The notes beneath the pieces were generated by a model. The model was given only the letters and a program-made list of their open reading frames with translations. It was not told the origin of the DNA and did not search any database. From an uncultured Alphaproteobacteria bacterium (GTDB taxonomy: Bacteria; Pseudomonadota; Alphaproteobacteria; Rs-D84), in contig CANBCI010000003.1 of assembly GCA_947367055.1 (NCBI GenBank), positions 161,508-225,507 on the forward strand: a stretch of DNA of 64,000 nucleotides. Direction: 5' to 3'. The position numbers and the translations under genes are program-made. Of this stretch, positions 48,883 through 59,170 are shown in pieces (within the stretch, counting starts at the first letter, position 1; every line of letters begins with the position of its first letter).

Positions 48883-50253
48883 TTAACCCAGTTTGCGCAG
48901 GGAAATTTTTTCACCGTCAACGATAACCAAAATACCGGATTCCAGTCCGAACCATTTGGCCGCCGCGATTGCATCCTTGGACGCGAACATTTCCGCGTCG
49001 CACTTGGAATGCACGCCGCGCGACAGGCACAGTTGATTTGCCACCACATCTTCGCGTGCGATTGCAAACACCGGCACATCCGGACGACGGCACGCAATCA
49101 ATGTCGCCGGCACCGTCGATTCAGAGAACACGACAATCGCCGCCGCGTTATTCAATTCGGCCATAACCGTCACTGACAGCGCCCAATCATTTTCCGGCAA
49201 ATCTTCGGCATCAGACCAATCCTGGCCGTTTTCAATGGAATCTTGGTCCGCGTTCTGCAGGACTTTTGCCATTGTTTCAACAACGAACGGCGGGTTGGCG
49301 CTGATTGTGGTTTCTTCACTGGTCATGGTTGAGTCAACATGCAGATATGCGGCCGTTGCAATATCGGAAATTTCCGCACGGGTCGGGAAATCGCTGTTGA
49401 CCATGGAACCCAACATCTGCGTCGCCATAATAACCGGCTTGTTGCGTTCACGGCACAGGCGGATTATACGACGGGAAATCGCAGGAACCTTTTCAAAGGA
49501 AACCTCTACCGCCAAATCGCCACGCGCAATCATGATGCCGTCGGCCACATCAATAATGGATTCAATTTTTTCAACCGCCTGGGGGCGTTCGATTTTCGCA
49601 ATGATTTTTACCGGATGCGATGTGCGCGCCGTAATAAACTCACGCGTTTCGATAACATCTTCGGGCTTTTGAACAAATGAAATCGCGACATAATCCGGGT
49701 TCTTGGTCAACGCATATTCCAAATCAGCACGATCTTTCGCAGTCAATACGGATGTAGCAACCTCTGTATCGGGCAGATTGAACCCGCGACGCGACCAAAT
49801 TTCAGTACCGCGGACAACGGTTGCCTCGATGCTGTCGGAATTGACCTTTTCCACCTTCATTTCAATTTTGCCGTCGTTCAGCAAAACGCGGTCGCCCGGC
49901 TTTAATGACTTGATAACATCCATATCCGGCAATTGAACGCGATTGGAATTACCCGGCGTTGGGTCGGAATCGAAAACAAATTTCTGGCCCGGGACGATTG
50001 GGAAACGATCTTCGGTTTCAAAGTTTCCGATACGGTGTTTCGGCCCCTGCAGGTCGACCAGAACCGCAACCGGGCGACCGGTTTTTGCGCTGTATTCACG
50101 AATAATGTCTATTTTTTTGCCCTGGGCGTCACCAACGTCATGGCTAAAATTCAGACGGCATACATTAACACCGGCTTCAATCATTTGCTGCAATACTTCG
50201 CGGCCTTCGCTGTTCGGGCCGATAGAAGAAGTGATTTTTGTAAATCTTTTCAT
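48883..50253 (-). CDS. pyk: pyruvate kinase
   Basis: It carries MKRFTKITSSIGP... and pyruvate kinase barrel motifs. Confidence 0.9.
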   Translation of the reverse strand: MKRFTKITSSIGPNSEGREVLQQMIEAGVNVCRLNFSHDVGDAQGKKIDIIREYSAKTGRPVAVLVDLQGPKHRIGNFETEDRFPIVPGQKFVFDSDPTPGNSNRVQLPDMDVIKSLKPGDRVLLNDGKIEMKVEKVNSDSIEATVVRGTEIWSRRGFNLPDTEVATSVLTAKDRADLEYALTKNPDYVAISFVQKPEDVIETREFITARTSHPVKIIAKIERPQAVEKIESIIDVADGIMIARGDLAVEVSFEKVPAISRRIIRLCRERNKPVIMATQMLGSMVNSDFPTRAEISDIATAAYLHVDSTMTSEETTISANPPFVVETMAKVLQNADQDSIENGQDWSDAEDLPENDWALSVTVMAELNNAAAIVVFSESTVPATLIACRRPDVPVFAIAREDVVANQLCLSRGVHSKCDAEMFASKDAIAAAKWFGLESGILVIVDGEKISLRKLG

Positions 50254-50342
50254 GATTTGTTCCCTATTCTATTTTTGTTTTTCTTGATTTTTGCGAATAA
50301 TCATATATCATAAAGTTTTGAAATAAACAAGGGGAAATCTAC

Positions 50343-50591
50343 ATGAAAAATGCAAACCACGGCGCAATTGACAACCAGCAGTTGTTAAGCATTATTGAAC
50401 GAATTGAAAAATTGAACGAAGAAACGGCCGCCATCGCCGCCGACATCAAGGAAATTTATAGCGAGGCTAAATCCGCCGGATTTGACCCGAAATATATCCG
50501 CCAGATGATACGTCTGCGCAAAATGGATCCGGACGAACTGGACGAGGCGGACGAACTGACCCAGATGTACCGCAGCGCGCTGGGGATATAA
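50343..50591 (+). CDS. UPF0335/DUF2312 (GapR-like) protein
   Basis: It is 82 aa with LLSIIERIEKLNEE...IKEIYSEAKSAGFDPKYIRQMIRLRKMDPDEL, conserved in alphaproteobacteria. Confidence 0.7.
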   Translation: MKNANHGAIDNQQLLSIIERIEKLNEETAAIAADIKEIYSEAKSAGFDPKYIRQMIRLRKMDPDELDEADELTQMYRSALGI

Positions 50592-50599
50592 TTCAGATA

Positions 50600-50914
50600 A
50601 TGAAAAACTTTACCAAACGCATTGAAAATTTTGTCTGCGCCCATTGCGGCGCAGAATGCGTTGGAAACGGATATACCAATCATTGCCCGAAATGCCTGTG
50701 GTCGCGCCATGTCGACAACAACCCGGGCGACCGCGCGGCGTTATGCGGCGGCATGATGCGCCCAGTATCTGTTGAAAAATGCGGCGACGAATTTATAATA
50801 ACGCATAAATGCGAAACATGTGGCAAGACAATTCGTCAGCGCGCCAGCGATGATGACAACATGGACGAAATCATCCGCATCAGCGCAAATTCATCATTTA
50901 TATTCGGGAAATAA
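50600..50914 (+). CDS. RNHCP domain-containing protein
   Basis: It has the YTNHCPKC motif and a CxxC…CxxC arrangement. Confidence 0.55.
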   Translation: MKNFTKRIENFVCAHCGAECVGNGYTNHCPKCLWSRHVDNNPGDRAALCGGMMRPVSVEKCGDEFIITHKCETCGKTIRQRASDDDNMDEIIRISANSSFIFGK

Positions 50915-50986
50915 AACATAGATTTTATAAAAAATTCACGGCGGCATAAATGCCACCGTGATAAATTTTAATACCGCACCATATTA

Positions 50987-51778
50987 TTACGGATTTTTAG
51001 CGTTTTGGCGTGCCGCGGCCTGTTGCTGGTTATAATTATAAGTCGCAATCTGCACCAGGAATTTTTGCGCACAATCCAAAACCTCGTCGCGACGGCTGGT
51101 GCCACCGGTCCCGGTTGAACTATCTCTTATGGTGCTACAATTAGCCAGTATTCCTTTATAAGGATTCTCATCCGCGGATTTCTCTATAATCTTCCAGGTT
51201 TCCGCAATTTCCAAGTCACGTCGCAACTGCTTTTTCGCATCGGTTATATTGCCGGCGTTAATTGCGTTCACAACCGTCTGGACATTTTGTTGCAAACATG
51301 CCGCGGCGTTAACCGGACTCGTCGCAGACAGCATGCAGTTCTGCGTACCGGCCAAGACTATGTTTTTATCGGTTGAATTGGCCGCGCCGCTGGATGAATT
51401 TTCCGCCTCGGCACCGGCCGCCTGCAAACTGGTGGTCAAAACGGCCTTTTTAAGTTGCGTCTTAAACCGGCGCATCATTGCATCCAGATATTCATACTGC
51501 TTGTACATCTGCTGAGTCATGATAGTGGTTTTCAGCGCGATAACCTCTTTCATGGCCTGTTTTGTTGTCTCACTCGACGGGTTTATCGTGTGGTTTATAT
51601 TATACGCGTGAACACTGCATAATGCAATTTCCGGCGAAATATATTCATTTTCATCTTTTTCACAGCCATTGCTTGTCGCGGCAACAACAGGGGAAACCCG
51701 CAACGCACACGTCATAACTGTCGCACATACGCAAGGTATTTTTAGCAAATTAAAAATTATTCTTTTTGTTTTTACCAT
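50987..51778 (-). CDS. hypothetical secreted protein (263 aa), Cys-containing, adjacent to large Cys-rich paralog
   Basis: It has a signal peptide and Gln-rich helical regions. Confidence 0.5.
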   Translation of the reverse strand: MVKTKRIIFNLLKIPCVCATVMTCALRVSPVVAATSNGCEKDENEYISPEIALCSVHAYNINHTINPSSETTKQAMKEVIALKTTIMTQQMYKQYEYLDAMMRRFKTQLKKAVLTTSLQAAGAEAENSSSGAANSTDKNIVLAGTQNCMLSATSPVNAAACLQQNVQTVVNAINAGNITDAKKQLRRDLEIAETWKIIEKSADENPYKGILANCSTIRDSSTGTGGTSRRDEVLDCAQKFLVQIATYNYNQQQAAARQNAKNP

Positions 51779-51802
51779 TTATAATAATTACCATTTTGCG
51801 TT

Positions 51803-53659
51803 TTATTTACAAGTATGTGTACCTACATCCCAGTTTTTGCCGGCCGCAATACAGTCTTGAATTGCTTGACTATTTGCATTCAAATCCGGCATTTTGAACA
51901 GATTTTTTGTTGCCTTTTCAACTGGGCCCATTGACTTTACACTATCCGTCATATTAAATTGGCATTCGCCGTTTACATCCTCTGAATAACCAAATGGACA
52001 ACTACATGTACTGCTTAATGTCCAAACACCCCCAGAATTTTTGCATTTACATTCAGCGGTTCCAGCCGCAACGGAAGTACTGCAATAAGAGCTGTTCTGG
52101 CTGGTTGTATCACTAGTTACAGGACCGGTGCCTACTTTTTTAGAATACGTTGACTTTAAGTCTTTAACACAAACTTTTTCCGGCAATTGTTTAAGATTAA
52201 CCGCTTTCTGTAGTTCCGATAATGTATTTTCATTTACCGCACAATAAATTACGCCGTCATTTGCGGGTGTTGTATTTCCCCCAAACAGGCCCGAACCGTA
52301 TATCGCCGGTGCATCCTGTTCAATTATGCGTTCCAGAATCTCAACATCAATTGACGCCTGTTTCTTGCGTTTGCCGAATATTTTTGAATTATCCAATGCG
52401 GCCGACGCACATCCGACACGAATGCTGTCGTCACCATTTTCTTCGCTGTCAAGCCAATCGCGGTAAACCTGATCCGAACTGCTTAATGTCTTGTTCAATG
52501 TACAGTACATATCATCTTCGGCGGGGATAACCATACCCAGTGTGCAAGAATGCCCACCCTTGGCACCATAACCCGCCACGGATTTACCATTTGAACAATT
52601 TCTTTCATCGTATGTATATCTCTTATTACCCTTTTCAGGATATGCACACAAATACTGTCCCCAGATATTACAACTGCCCTCAAGCATCATGTAGATATCC
52701 GTAATATCAACACCGACAGACTGTGCGGTTATCAACGCGTCGTACATTTCATCCAAAACATCATTGTACGGTTCAAAGAATTGCTCTGCCCGGTCCTTGA
52801 ACACCTTTACACGCTTTGGCCCGGCGCAATTGTTTCCCTTTTTATCGCACCCGGCATATTCAAACGCCGTTTCCATTGTCGCCTTTAGAGATTTCATTGC
52901 GACCTCGGCATTTTCAATTTTTGACAGGATTTCACCCGAAATCTGTTCACGCAGCAATATGTCACTTGATACGCCGTTTTGCGCTGCGGCAACCTGGGCG
53001 GCGGTTAATTGCGTTTCACCGGACGGACTAGACACCATGCCGGCGGCGGCCGCGGTTGTCGCCGTGGCCGCGGCGTTCGCCGTTGCCTGGGCGGTTAATT
53101 GTTTCTGTTCCTCTAGCGCGGCCTGCATCTGTTGCATTTGCTGGGCATTCTGGGCGGCCATTTCAGCCTGCATCTGTTGCATTTGCATCTGCATTTGTTG
53201 CATCTGCTGGGCGGACTGCTGCGCGGCGGCATTTTGCGCCGCGGCCGCGGCCTGGGCGGCGGCCTCGTTCGCCTTGGCGGTCGATGACGCAACCAGTTGC
53301 GCCGAAATATATTGAACTAAATCATTTCCGTATTGCTTACACGCGTCATTTGATTGGACACAGCCCGATACAATCGCCGATGTGACATCCATTGATGTGC
53401 AACCGCCCGTCGCACATTTCGGCTGTGCACAGCGCATAATCAACGCATTGCAATTTCCAAAATCAGCCGTGGCCGGCGTTCCCGCCGCATTGCGCGAATT
53501 GATAAGCGAATTCCAGTTGTTGTTGTTATTTGCGCCCGACGGATTAAAAGCGGTTAAATTATTGCCATTCGTGGTTGCAATCACCGCGCCCGCGTCAAAC
53601 ATCGGCGCAAAGGCAATCGCAGATATTGCGGACAAAAAAATCAATGATATGCGTTTCAT
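51803..53659 (-). CDS. secreted Cys-rich coiled-coil protein (approx 618 aa) with Gln/Met-rich repeat (QQMQQMQMQMQQMQAEM) and C-terminal EGF-like motifs (ECKCKNSGG…STCSCPFGYSEDVNGEC)
   Basis: The likely start is MKRISLIFLSAISAIAFA (AGAGAGAA SD) rather than the track start 53737. The CSCPFGY...C stretch fits the EGF-2 pattern. Confidence 0.65.
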   Translation of the reverse strand: MKRISLIFLSAISAIAFAPMFDAGAVIATTNGNNLTAFNPSGANNNNNWNSLINSRNAAGTPATADFGNCNALIMRCAQPKCATGGCTSMDVTSAIVSGCVQSNDACKQYGNDLVQYISAQLVASSTAKANEAAAQAAAAAQNAAAQQSAQQMQQMQMQMQQMQAEMAAQNAQQMQQMQAALEEQKQLTAQATANAAATATTAAAAGMVSSPSGETQLTAAQVAAAQNGVSSDILLREQISGEILSKIENAEVAMKSLKATMETAFEYAGCDKKGNNCAGPKRVKVFKDRAEQFFEPYNDVLDEMYDALITAQSVGVDITDIYMMLEGSCNIWGQYLCAYPEKGNKRYTYDERNCSNGKSVAGYGAKGGHSCTLGMVIPAEDDMYCTLNKTLSSSDQVYRDWLDSEENGDDSIRVGCASAALDNSKIFGKRKKQASIDVEILERIIEQDAPAIYGSGLFGGNTTPANDGVIYCAVNENTLSELQKAVNLKQLPEKVCVKDLKSTYSKKVGTGPVTSDTTSQNSSYCSTSVAAGTAECKCKNSGGVWTLSSTCSCPFGYSEDVNGECQFNMTDSVKSMGPVEKATKNLFKMPDLNANSQAIQDCIAAGKNWDVGTHTCK

Positions 53660-53748
53660 ATTCTCTCTGCTACAAATTTTAACACAAAGTTCGAATAAAA
53701 CAAAGCAAAAAGATATACACCGTACGCTTAAAAACAAAAAGCGGCAGA

Positions 53749-54039
53749 TTATTTCTGTCGCTTTTTGGTGGCGGGCCTTTCGCCCTCCAGTAATTTCATT
53801 TGCATTTCCATAATGGTCTTTTCACGGTCGCGTATCACTTCCAGCAGGCGGTCGTTTTCCAACTTTATGCTGTCCAGCTCACGGCGGCCGACCTCCACCT
53901 GATTTGACAACTGACGGTGCCGGCCGCGATTAAACAACCCCGTCACCAACGCACCCACCAGCGCGCCGCTTGATGCGCTTAACAAATCCGATAAAGTTTC
54001 AACCAATGGTGTCGCCATACGCAAATCATACCGCAACAC
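53749..54039 (-). CDS. small membrane/coiled-coil protein (DUF1043/YhcB-like)
   Basis: It has an N-terminal TM plus a coiled coil. Confidence 0.45.
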   Translation of the reverse strand: MLRYDLRMATPLVETLSDLLSASSGALVGALVTGLFNRGRHRQLSNQVEVGRRELDSIKLENDRLLEVIRDREKTIMEMQMKLLEGERPATKKRQK

Positions 54040-54052
54040 CGCGCAAAATGCA

Positions 54053-54655
54053 TTAGGAGTGTTTTCTTAATCCCGTCTTTTTATCCACCCAAACCTCTTC
54101 GGCGGCGATTTCCATCATCGGCATGTCGGATGCGCTGTCCGAATAGGAACGCACGACACGCGGCACAAATTTGTTTTGAACCGCCCATGCATCCAGGGCA
54201 CGCACCTTGTTCGCACCCCAGCACAAAAATTTATATTTCCACGGCCGCGTTTTTTCCATTTCAGAACACATAACCGCGTCAAACTTTATATCCCGCACCA
54301 GGTTCGGCAGCAAATAATCCGGTGATGCGGAAATCAGAACAACCTTGCGCCCGGCGTTGCGTTCGGCCTCAACCTGCTCCTTGGCCCAGCCAAAGCGTTC
54401 GCGTTTATGCTGCTTGATAAAGCCGGGGGCGAATTTCTTTACCATTTTCGGCGTTAGAAAGCGACGCATCGCTTCGCGCCACCAAGTGCCGCCGGGATTA
54501 AACATGCGTGCAATTGCCGCCACGCCCATAATCGGCAGAAACAGCCACGGCCGCAAACTTCTGCGGAAACAATACTTTGCAAATTCAACATTAGAGTCGT
54601 GCGCAGACAATGTTCCGTCAAAATCAAACACGACAACATCTACTTTTTTTAACAT
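54053..54655 (-). CDS. HAD-IB superfamily hydrolase (phosphoserine phosphatase-like)
   Basis: VVVFDFDGTLS is motif I. Confidence 0.7.
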   Translation of the reverse strand: MLKKVDVVVFDFDGTLSAHDSNVEFAKYCFRRSLRPWLFLPIMGVAAIARMFNPGGTWWREAMRRFLTPKMVKKFAPGFIKQHKRERFGWAKEQVEAERNAGRKVVLISASPDYLLPNLVRDIKFDAVMCSEMEKTRPWKYKFLCWGANKVRALDAWAVQNKFVPRVVRSYSDSASDMPMMEIAAEEVWVDKKTGLRKHS

Positions 54656-54819
54656 TTTCTTTTATCCTTATGTTTTACTGTTCGTGGCATTATAGCAACC
54701 TTTTGCTTGCGCCGCAAATCTTATATTGATATTATTATTTTGTTATCGGGTGTTTCGATAATGGGGTTTAGCGACCCCGTCGTATACGTCGGCACGTCGC
54801 GTTATGACGCGCAAAAAAT

Positions 54820-54943
54820 CTCCAACCCATGGGTTGGAGGGGTGGAAATATCAAAAATACCACCACTATTTATACGATAGTCGCTAACCTCCAACCACAC
54901 AGATTCTGCGTGGTTTTTTCATATGATGTTATGGAGAACGACA
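54820..54943 (+). promoter_or_regulatory. conserved structured leader, copy B (P1 CUCCAACC-CAUG-GGUUGGAGG; P2 GGUGG/CCACC; terminator CCUCCAACCACACAGAUUCUGCGUGGUU-UUUUC) upstream of Cys-rich secreted protein gene
   Basis: Visible directly. The terminator U-run ends about 24 nt before ATG 54944. Confidence 0.5.
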
Positions 54944-55435
54944 ATGAAACAATTTTTTATAGCATGCGCCGGCGCTATTGCAACCGCACAGGCTTTGGCG
55001 GTAATATCACCCCAACAAAACTACTGCATACTTTGCCAAATACCAAACCTGGGAGCAGGCGAAACGATTACATACGCCGATGTATGCTATTCTGATGAAT
55101 TGGCCGATTGCAAGTCTTTTCGTCCGTCCGTTATCGGAACTACAAATCATGTGCAAACTCTTTCAAGTGGAAAACTGAATTGCACCGTAAATTACAATAC
55201 CGTCAGTGCAACATGCACTAAAACCATATCCTATCGGTGCGAAAGCGGATACTTCGGCACCCCGACCAAAGGAATCTCTGGATGCACCAGTTGCGCCGAC
55301 GCCACCGGAAACAGCAATGCAACATCAAAGGTGGGTGCAACCGCAATCACCGATTGCTATATACCGGCCGGCAACTCCGACGAAGACACAACCGGACATT
55401 TTTCATATACCGACGATTGCAAATATTCAAACTAA
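54944..55435 (+). CDS. secreted Cys-rich protein (163 aa; CESGYFG…C EGF-like motif)
   Basis: It has a signal peptide MKQFFIACAGAIATAQALA and 14 Cys. The start is at 54944 (GGAGAA SD), not the track start 54923. Confidence 0.6.
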   Translation: MKQFFIACAGAIATAQALAVISPQQNYCILCQIPNLGAGETITYADVCYSDELADCKSFRPSVIGTTNHVQTLSSGKLNCTVNYNTVSATCTKTISYRCESGYFGTPTKGISGCTSCADATGNSNATSKVGATAITDCYIPAGNSDEDTTGHFSYTDDCKYSN

Positions 55436-55459
55436 AAACGGGGGCCCGGCCCCCGTTTT

Positions 55460-58400
55460 TTATTTCTTTGACGCGTTTGTTTTTCTTTTCTTGAAACGCA
55501 GCGCGGCCTTGATCCGGCGACGCATTCCCTCCATTAGGAAGAACAGCGCCGGCGTCAACACGAATGTCCAAACCAAGGATGCCGCCATACCGCCAATCAT
55601 AACCGCGGCCATCGCGACCTTCATGCCGTCGGTCGACCACAACTGGGGCAACATACCCGTTATAACGGCAATTGATGTCATAAGAACCATGTTCTTTTTA
55701 TCAGTCAATTCCGTCCAGAGCGCGACACGCGGAACCGCGCCGTCGGATATGCGTTTTATCGTCGGTTCCAACACCAGAATGTTGTTGTTAACCACAAGTC
55801 CGACCAACATAACAAACGCCAACATGGCACCGACATTCATTGACGCCCCGGACAGGAACAACATCACGAACACGCCGGCAAAACTGGTGATGATTGATGT
55901 TGCAATGGTCAACGGATGCACCAACGAATTCAATATCGCCGCCAGCAACATGAATGTCAATATCGTCGCCAGCAAGAATGCCTGGCCGATTTCACCGGTG
56001 GTTTCACTCTGTGTTTCGGACATGCCGCCGAACTGGGCATAGTAACCCATTTCCCATTCCATGGCGTCAAGTCCGGCCTGAATCTTTTGCTGAACCGGGC
56101 CCATGGTGGATTTGCCGATGTTTATGTCAATCTCGGTTATTCTGGTTTTATCCAGACGGTTGATGTTCGACGTTGCTGGCATACTTTTCACATCGCCCAA
56201 TTCGGACACGGCTACCATGCCCTTTTGCGAGTTTACATACACATTGTCAAACAGCGCGCCATTCTTGAACGGTTTTGCAAATTCCAGAATAATCGGATAT
56301 TCCTCGCCCCGCTCCTTGTACTTGTAATCGTCATTACCATACAGCGCCGCACGCAATGCCGAACCGGCATAGGAATTTGACACACCCCAGAAATTCATTT
56401 TCGACTGGTCCGGAATAAACTGAATTTCATTATTCGGGCTCGGCACCGCCAAGACTGCCGTCTGAACTTCGGGTATGCCGTTTATCATGTCTATGATTTG
56501 GGCGGCATACGCTTCGCGTTTGGCATCGTCCTCGCCATAGATGTTTAAAACCATATCGCTGGATACCGATGAAGACATTCCGGCGCCGGCTTTTATCTGA
56601 ACCTCCAAATCCGGAATTTCGGCCAATTTCGGCAGGATTTCACGCGCCAGTTTTTTATCGGAAATCTTGCGCTTGCCCAATTCTTCAAGCGTCAGTTTCA
56701 CGCTGATATTATGCAGGCCGCGTTCACCGATTTTAACCGTCGACGCCTTTACATCCGGGAAACCTTTCAGCACATCTTCAATTTGCGCCGCCAGTTGTTC
56801 GGATTTTTCATAAGTTGCACCCATGGGCGCACGCGCGGTTATTGTGATTTCATTTGTGTCGGTCGACGGAGCAAATTCATTTCCAACAAACCGCATCAGG
56901 AATGTTGACGCAATCAGCACCATAAACGCCCCCAGAACCACGCGCCCCGGATGCCGGAACTGATAGTCAAACCATTGACGCAATGGCGTCTTTTCCGGAT
57001 CGACCGGTGCCGATGCCGCGACCGGCGACTTGCCCTCCTTTGGGGCCGATAGGCGCAAAAATTTCGCAATCATCATTGGCGCCAGCGTGAACGAGAACAT
57101 CAGCGACAGCAATGTCAGATATACGACCGTCATACCGAACTGCGCCATGAACTGCCCCGCAATTCCACCCATAAACGCCAGCGGCAGGAACACCACAACA
57201 TTCGTTCCAACGCCCGCCAGAACGGAAACGGCAACTTTCTTGGTCCCGTCAATAGCCGCGTTTTCTGGATTCTTGCCCTTCTTCATTTCCTGCAATGCGG
57301 ATTCAATCAAAATAATCGCATTTGACACCAAGGTCCCCAGCGCAGATGAATACGCCAACAGTGTCATTGCATTGATTGTAAATCCGCTGCCGTCCATAAA
57401 GAAGAATCCGGCAATCAATGATGCGGGAATAACGACACCCGCGATAATTGTTGAACGCCAGTTGCGGGTAAACGCCAACAATACCAAAACCGTAAAGATG
57501 ATACCCAGAACAATTCCCCAAATCGTGCTGTAGGTTTCGTCCAGAATTGATGTGGATGAATCAGACACAATCTGCATTTCGGCACCGGGGAAACGCGTCT
57601 GCATATCGGCAATCAGGCCGGGCATGCGTTCACGCAAAGCCTCTGAAATCTTAATCGCATTTCCGTCGGACGATTTTACAACCGATGCAATAACGACATT
57701 TTCACCATTGTAGCGCGCACCGTTTTCAATGTCGCGCGCGGCGTCGACGACGGTCGCAATGTCGGAAATTTTGAACTTCTGGCCCTCCATCGTGACGATT
57801 TGGACATTTTCAATTTCTTCGACCGATTTGAATTCGCCAATAAACCGAACATTCGACGACCCGGTTCCACTTTCAATTTTTCCGCCCGGCACATTCAGAT
57901 TTTTATTCCCCAGCGCCGAAACAATATCAATAATCGTCACACCGCGGGCCGCCATCATGTCCGGATCCATTTGGATGCGCACCGCGCGTTCGCGGCCGCC
58001 GAATACGGACACGCTTGCAACACCGTTTATGGCGGTTATCTTGTTCGACAGGACGTTGTCCACATATTCTTCCAAATCGCGCGCGTCCGCACCACGCAAA
58101 ACAATGTCCACAACCGATTCCTGCAACGGGTTCAGTTTTTCAACAACCGGCTGCTTTAGCGCGTCCGGGAATTCCGACGCCAATGCGTCAATTTTTGTTT
58201 TGACTTCGGACGCCTTGTCATTGACATTTACCCCCAAATTAAATTCCGCCATAACATACCCGCCGTTTTCAAACGCCTGGGATGTGATTTTTTTCAAACT
58301 GGCGACTTCGGAAATTGCGTCTTCGGCCTTTTTGATAACCTGGGATTCAATTTCAGACGGTTCGGCACCGGGGTACACGAATGTCGCGGTCACCATTGGA

Positions 58401-58519
58401 AAATCCAACGACGGCGTGCGTTCAATGTTCATTTTCGGAAAAGACACCAATCCCAACACAACCCAGAACAACACAAACATAAGCGTGGTAATCGGGCGTG
58501 TGACGAAAAACTTTAACAT
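55460..58519 (-). CDS. RND family efflux transporter permease (AcrB/HAE1-like)
   Basis: It is 1019 aa with 12 TM segments and two large periplasmic loops. Confidence 0.9.
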   Translation of the reverse strand: MLKFFVTRPITTLMFVLFWVVLGLVSFPKMNIERTPSLDFPMVTATFVYPGAEPSEIESQVIKKAEDAISEVASLKKITSQAFENGGYVMAEFNLGVNVNDKASEVKTKIDALASEFPDALKQPVVEKLNPLQESVVDIVLRGADARDLEEYVDNVLSNKITAINGVASVSVFGGRERAVRIQMDPDMMAARGVTIIDIVSALGNKNLNVPGGKIESGTGSSNVRFIGEFKSVEEIENVQIVTMEGQKFKISDIATVVDAARDIENGARYNGENVVIASVVKSSDGNAIKISEALRERMPGLIADMQTRFPGAEMQIVSDSSTSILDETYSTIWGIVLGIIFTVLVLLAFTRNWRSTIIAGVVIPASLIAGFFFMDGSGFTINAMTLLAYSSALGTLVSNAIILIESALQEMKKGKNPENAAIDGTKKVAVSVLAGVGTNVVVFLPLAFMGGIAGQFMAQFGMTVVYLTLLSLMFSFTLAPMMIAKFLRLSAPKEGKSPVAASAPVDPEKTPLRQWFDYQFRHPGRVVLGAFMVLIASTFLMRFVGNEFAPSTDTNEITITARAPMGATYEKSEQLAAQIEDVLKGFPDVKASTVKIGERGLHNISVKLTLEELGKRKISDKKLAREILPKLAEIPDLEVQIKAGAGMSSSVSSDMVLNIYGEDDAKREAYAAQIIDMINGIPEVQTAVLAVPSPNNEIQFIPDQSKMNFWGVSNSYAGSALRAALYGNDDYKYKERGEEYPIILEFAKPFKNGALFDNVYVNSQKGMVAVSELGDVKSMPATSNINRLDKTRITEIDINIGKSTMGPVQQKIQAGLDAMEWEMGYYAQFGGMSETQSETTGEIGQAFLLATILTFMLLAAILNSLVHPLTIATSIITSFAGVFVMLFLSGASMNVGAMLAFVMLVGLVVNNNILVLEPTIKRISDGAVPRVALWTELTDKKNMVLMTSIAVITGMLPQLWSTDGMKVAMAAVMIGGMAASLVWTFVLTPALFFLMEGMRRRIKAALRFKKRKTNASKK

Positions 58520-58547
58520 TTGATTTTCTCCTATCCTTATAAAAAAC

Positions 58548-59168
58548 TTATTTCTTTATTTTAACCTTCACACCGTCGGAAACGCGCGACAGTATTATGA
58601 CATCGCCATCATGCAGACCGTCCGTAATAACCGCGGTATCCGCATCCGTGCGCGCAATCTTGACATGACGACGCGCCGCCCGGTCGCCGTCGACGACAAA
58701 AACATCACTGCCGATTACGGCATAGGCTGGGACAAAGAAACCGTGCATTTCATATTCCGCGTAATTCAGACCGTCCGCAACCCCGCGCGTGCGAACCGTA
58801 TGCATGCCGGTGTCCAAATCAATGCCGCGCGACACAGAAACAATCACGCCGTCGCCAATTTTCTGGCCCGGTTTTAACACACCGACGCGGCCGCCGGACA
58901 CCATTGCACGATTGCCCTTTACGGTAACAGGCTCGGTCAAAACACCCGACATATTTTTAGCCTCCATAACCTCGACAATCAGTCCCGAATCCGCCGCCGC
59001 GCGCGCCGGATTGAACACAAACAGCCGATTTTCCACCGCAACCATTGCAAAGCGCCCTATTACCCACAGCACCACGATTAACACCAACACCGCATAGATT
59101 CTTTTCTTGTTCCGCGGGCGTTTTGACCATACTTTTAGTTGTTCAAATTTTTCCAATAATGCTTCCAT
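58548..59168 (-). CDS. efflux RND periplasmic adaptor (membrane fusion protein), unusually short (206 aa)
   Basis: An N-terminal TM is followed by beta-barrel/MP-domain-like sequence. Coiled-coil hairpin and lipoyl domains appear to be missing. Confidence 0.6.
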   Translation of the reverse strand: MEALLEKFEQLKVWSKRPRNKKRIYAVLVLIVVLWVIGRFAMVAVENRLFVFNPARAAADSGLIVEVMEAKNMSGVLTEPVTVKGNRAMVSGGRVGVLKPGQKIGDGVIVSVSRGIDLDTGMHTVRTRGVADGLNYAEYEMHGFFVPAYAVIGSDVFVVDGDRAARRHVKIARTDADTAVITDGLHDGDVIILSRVSDGVKVKIKK

Positions 59169-59170
59169 TT

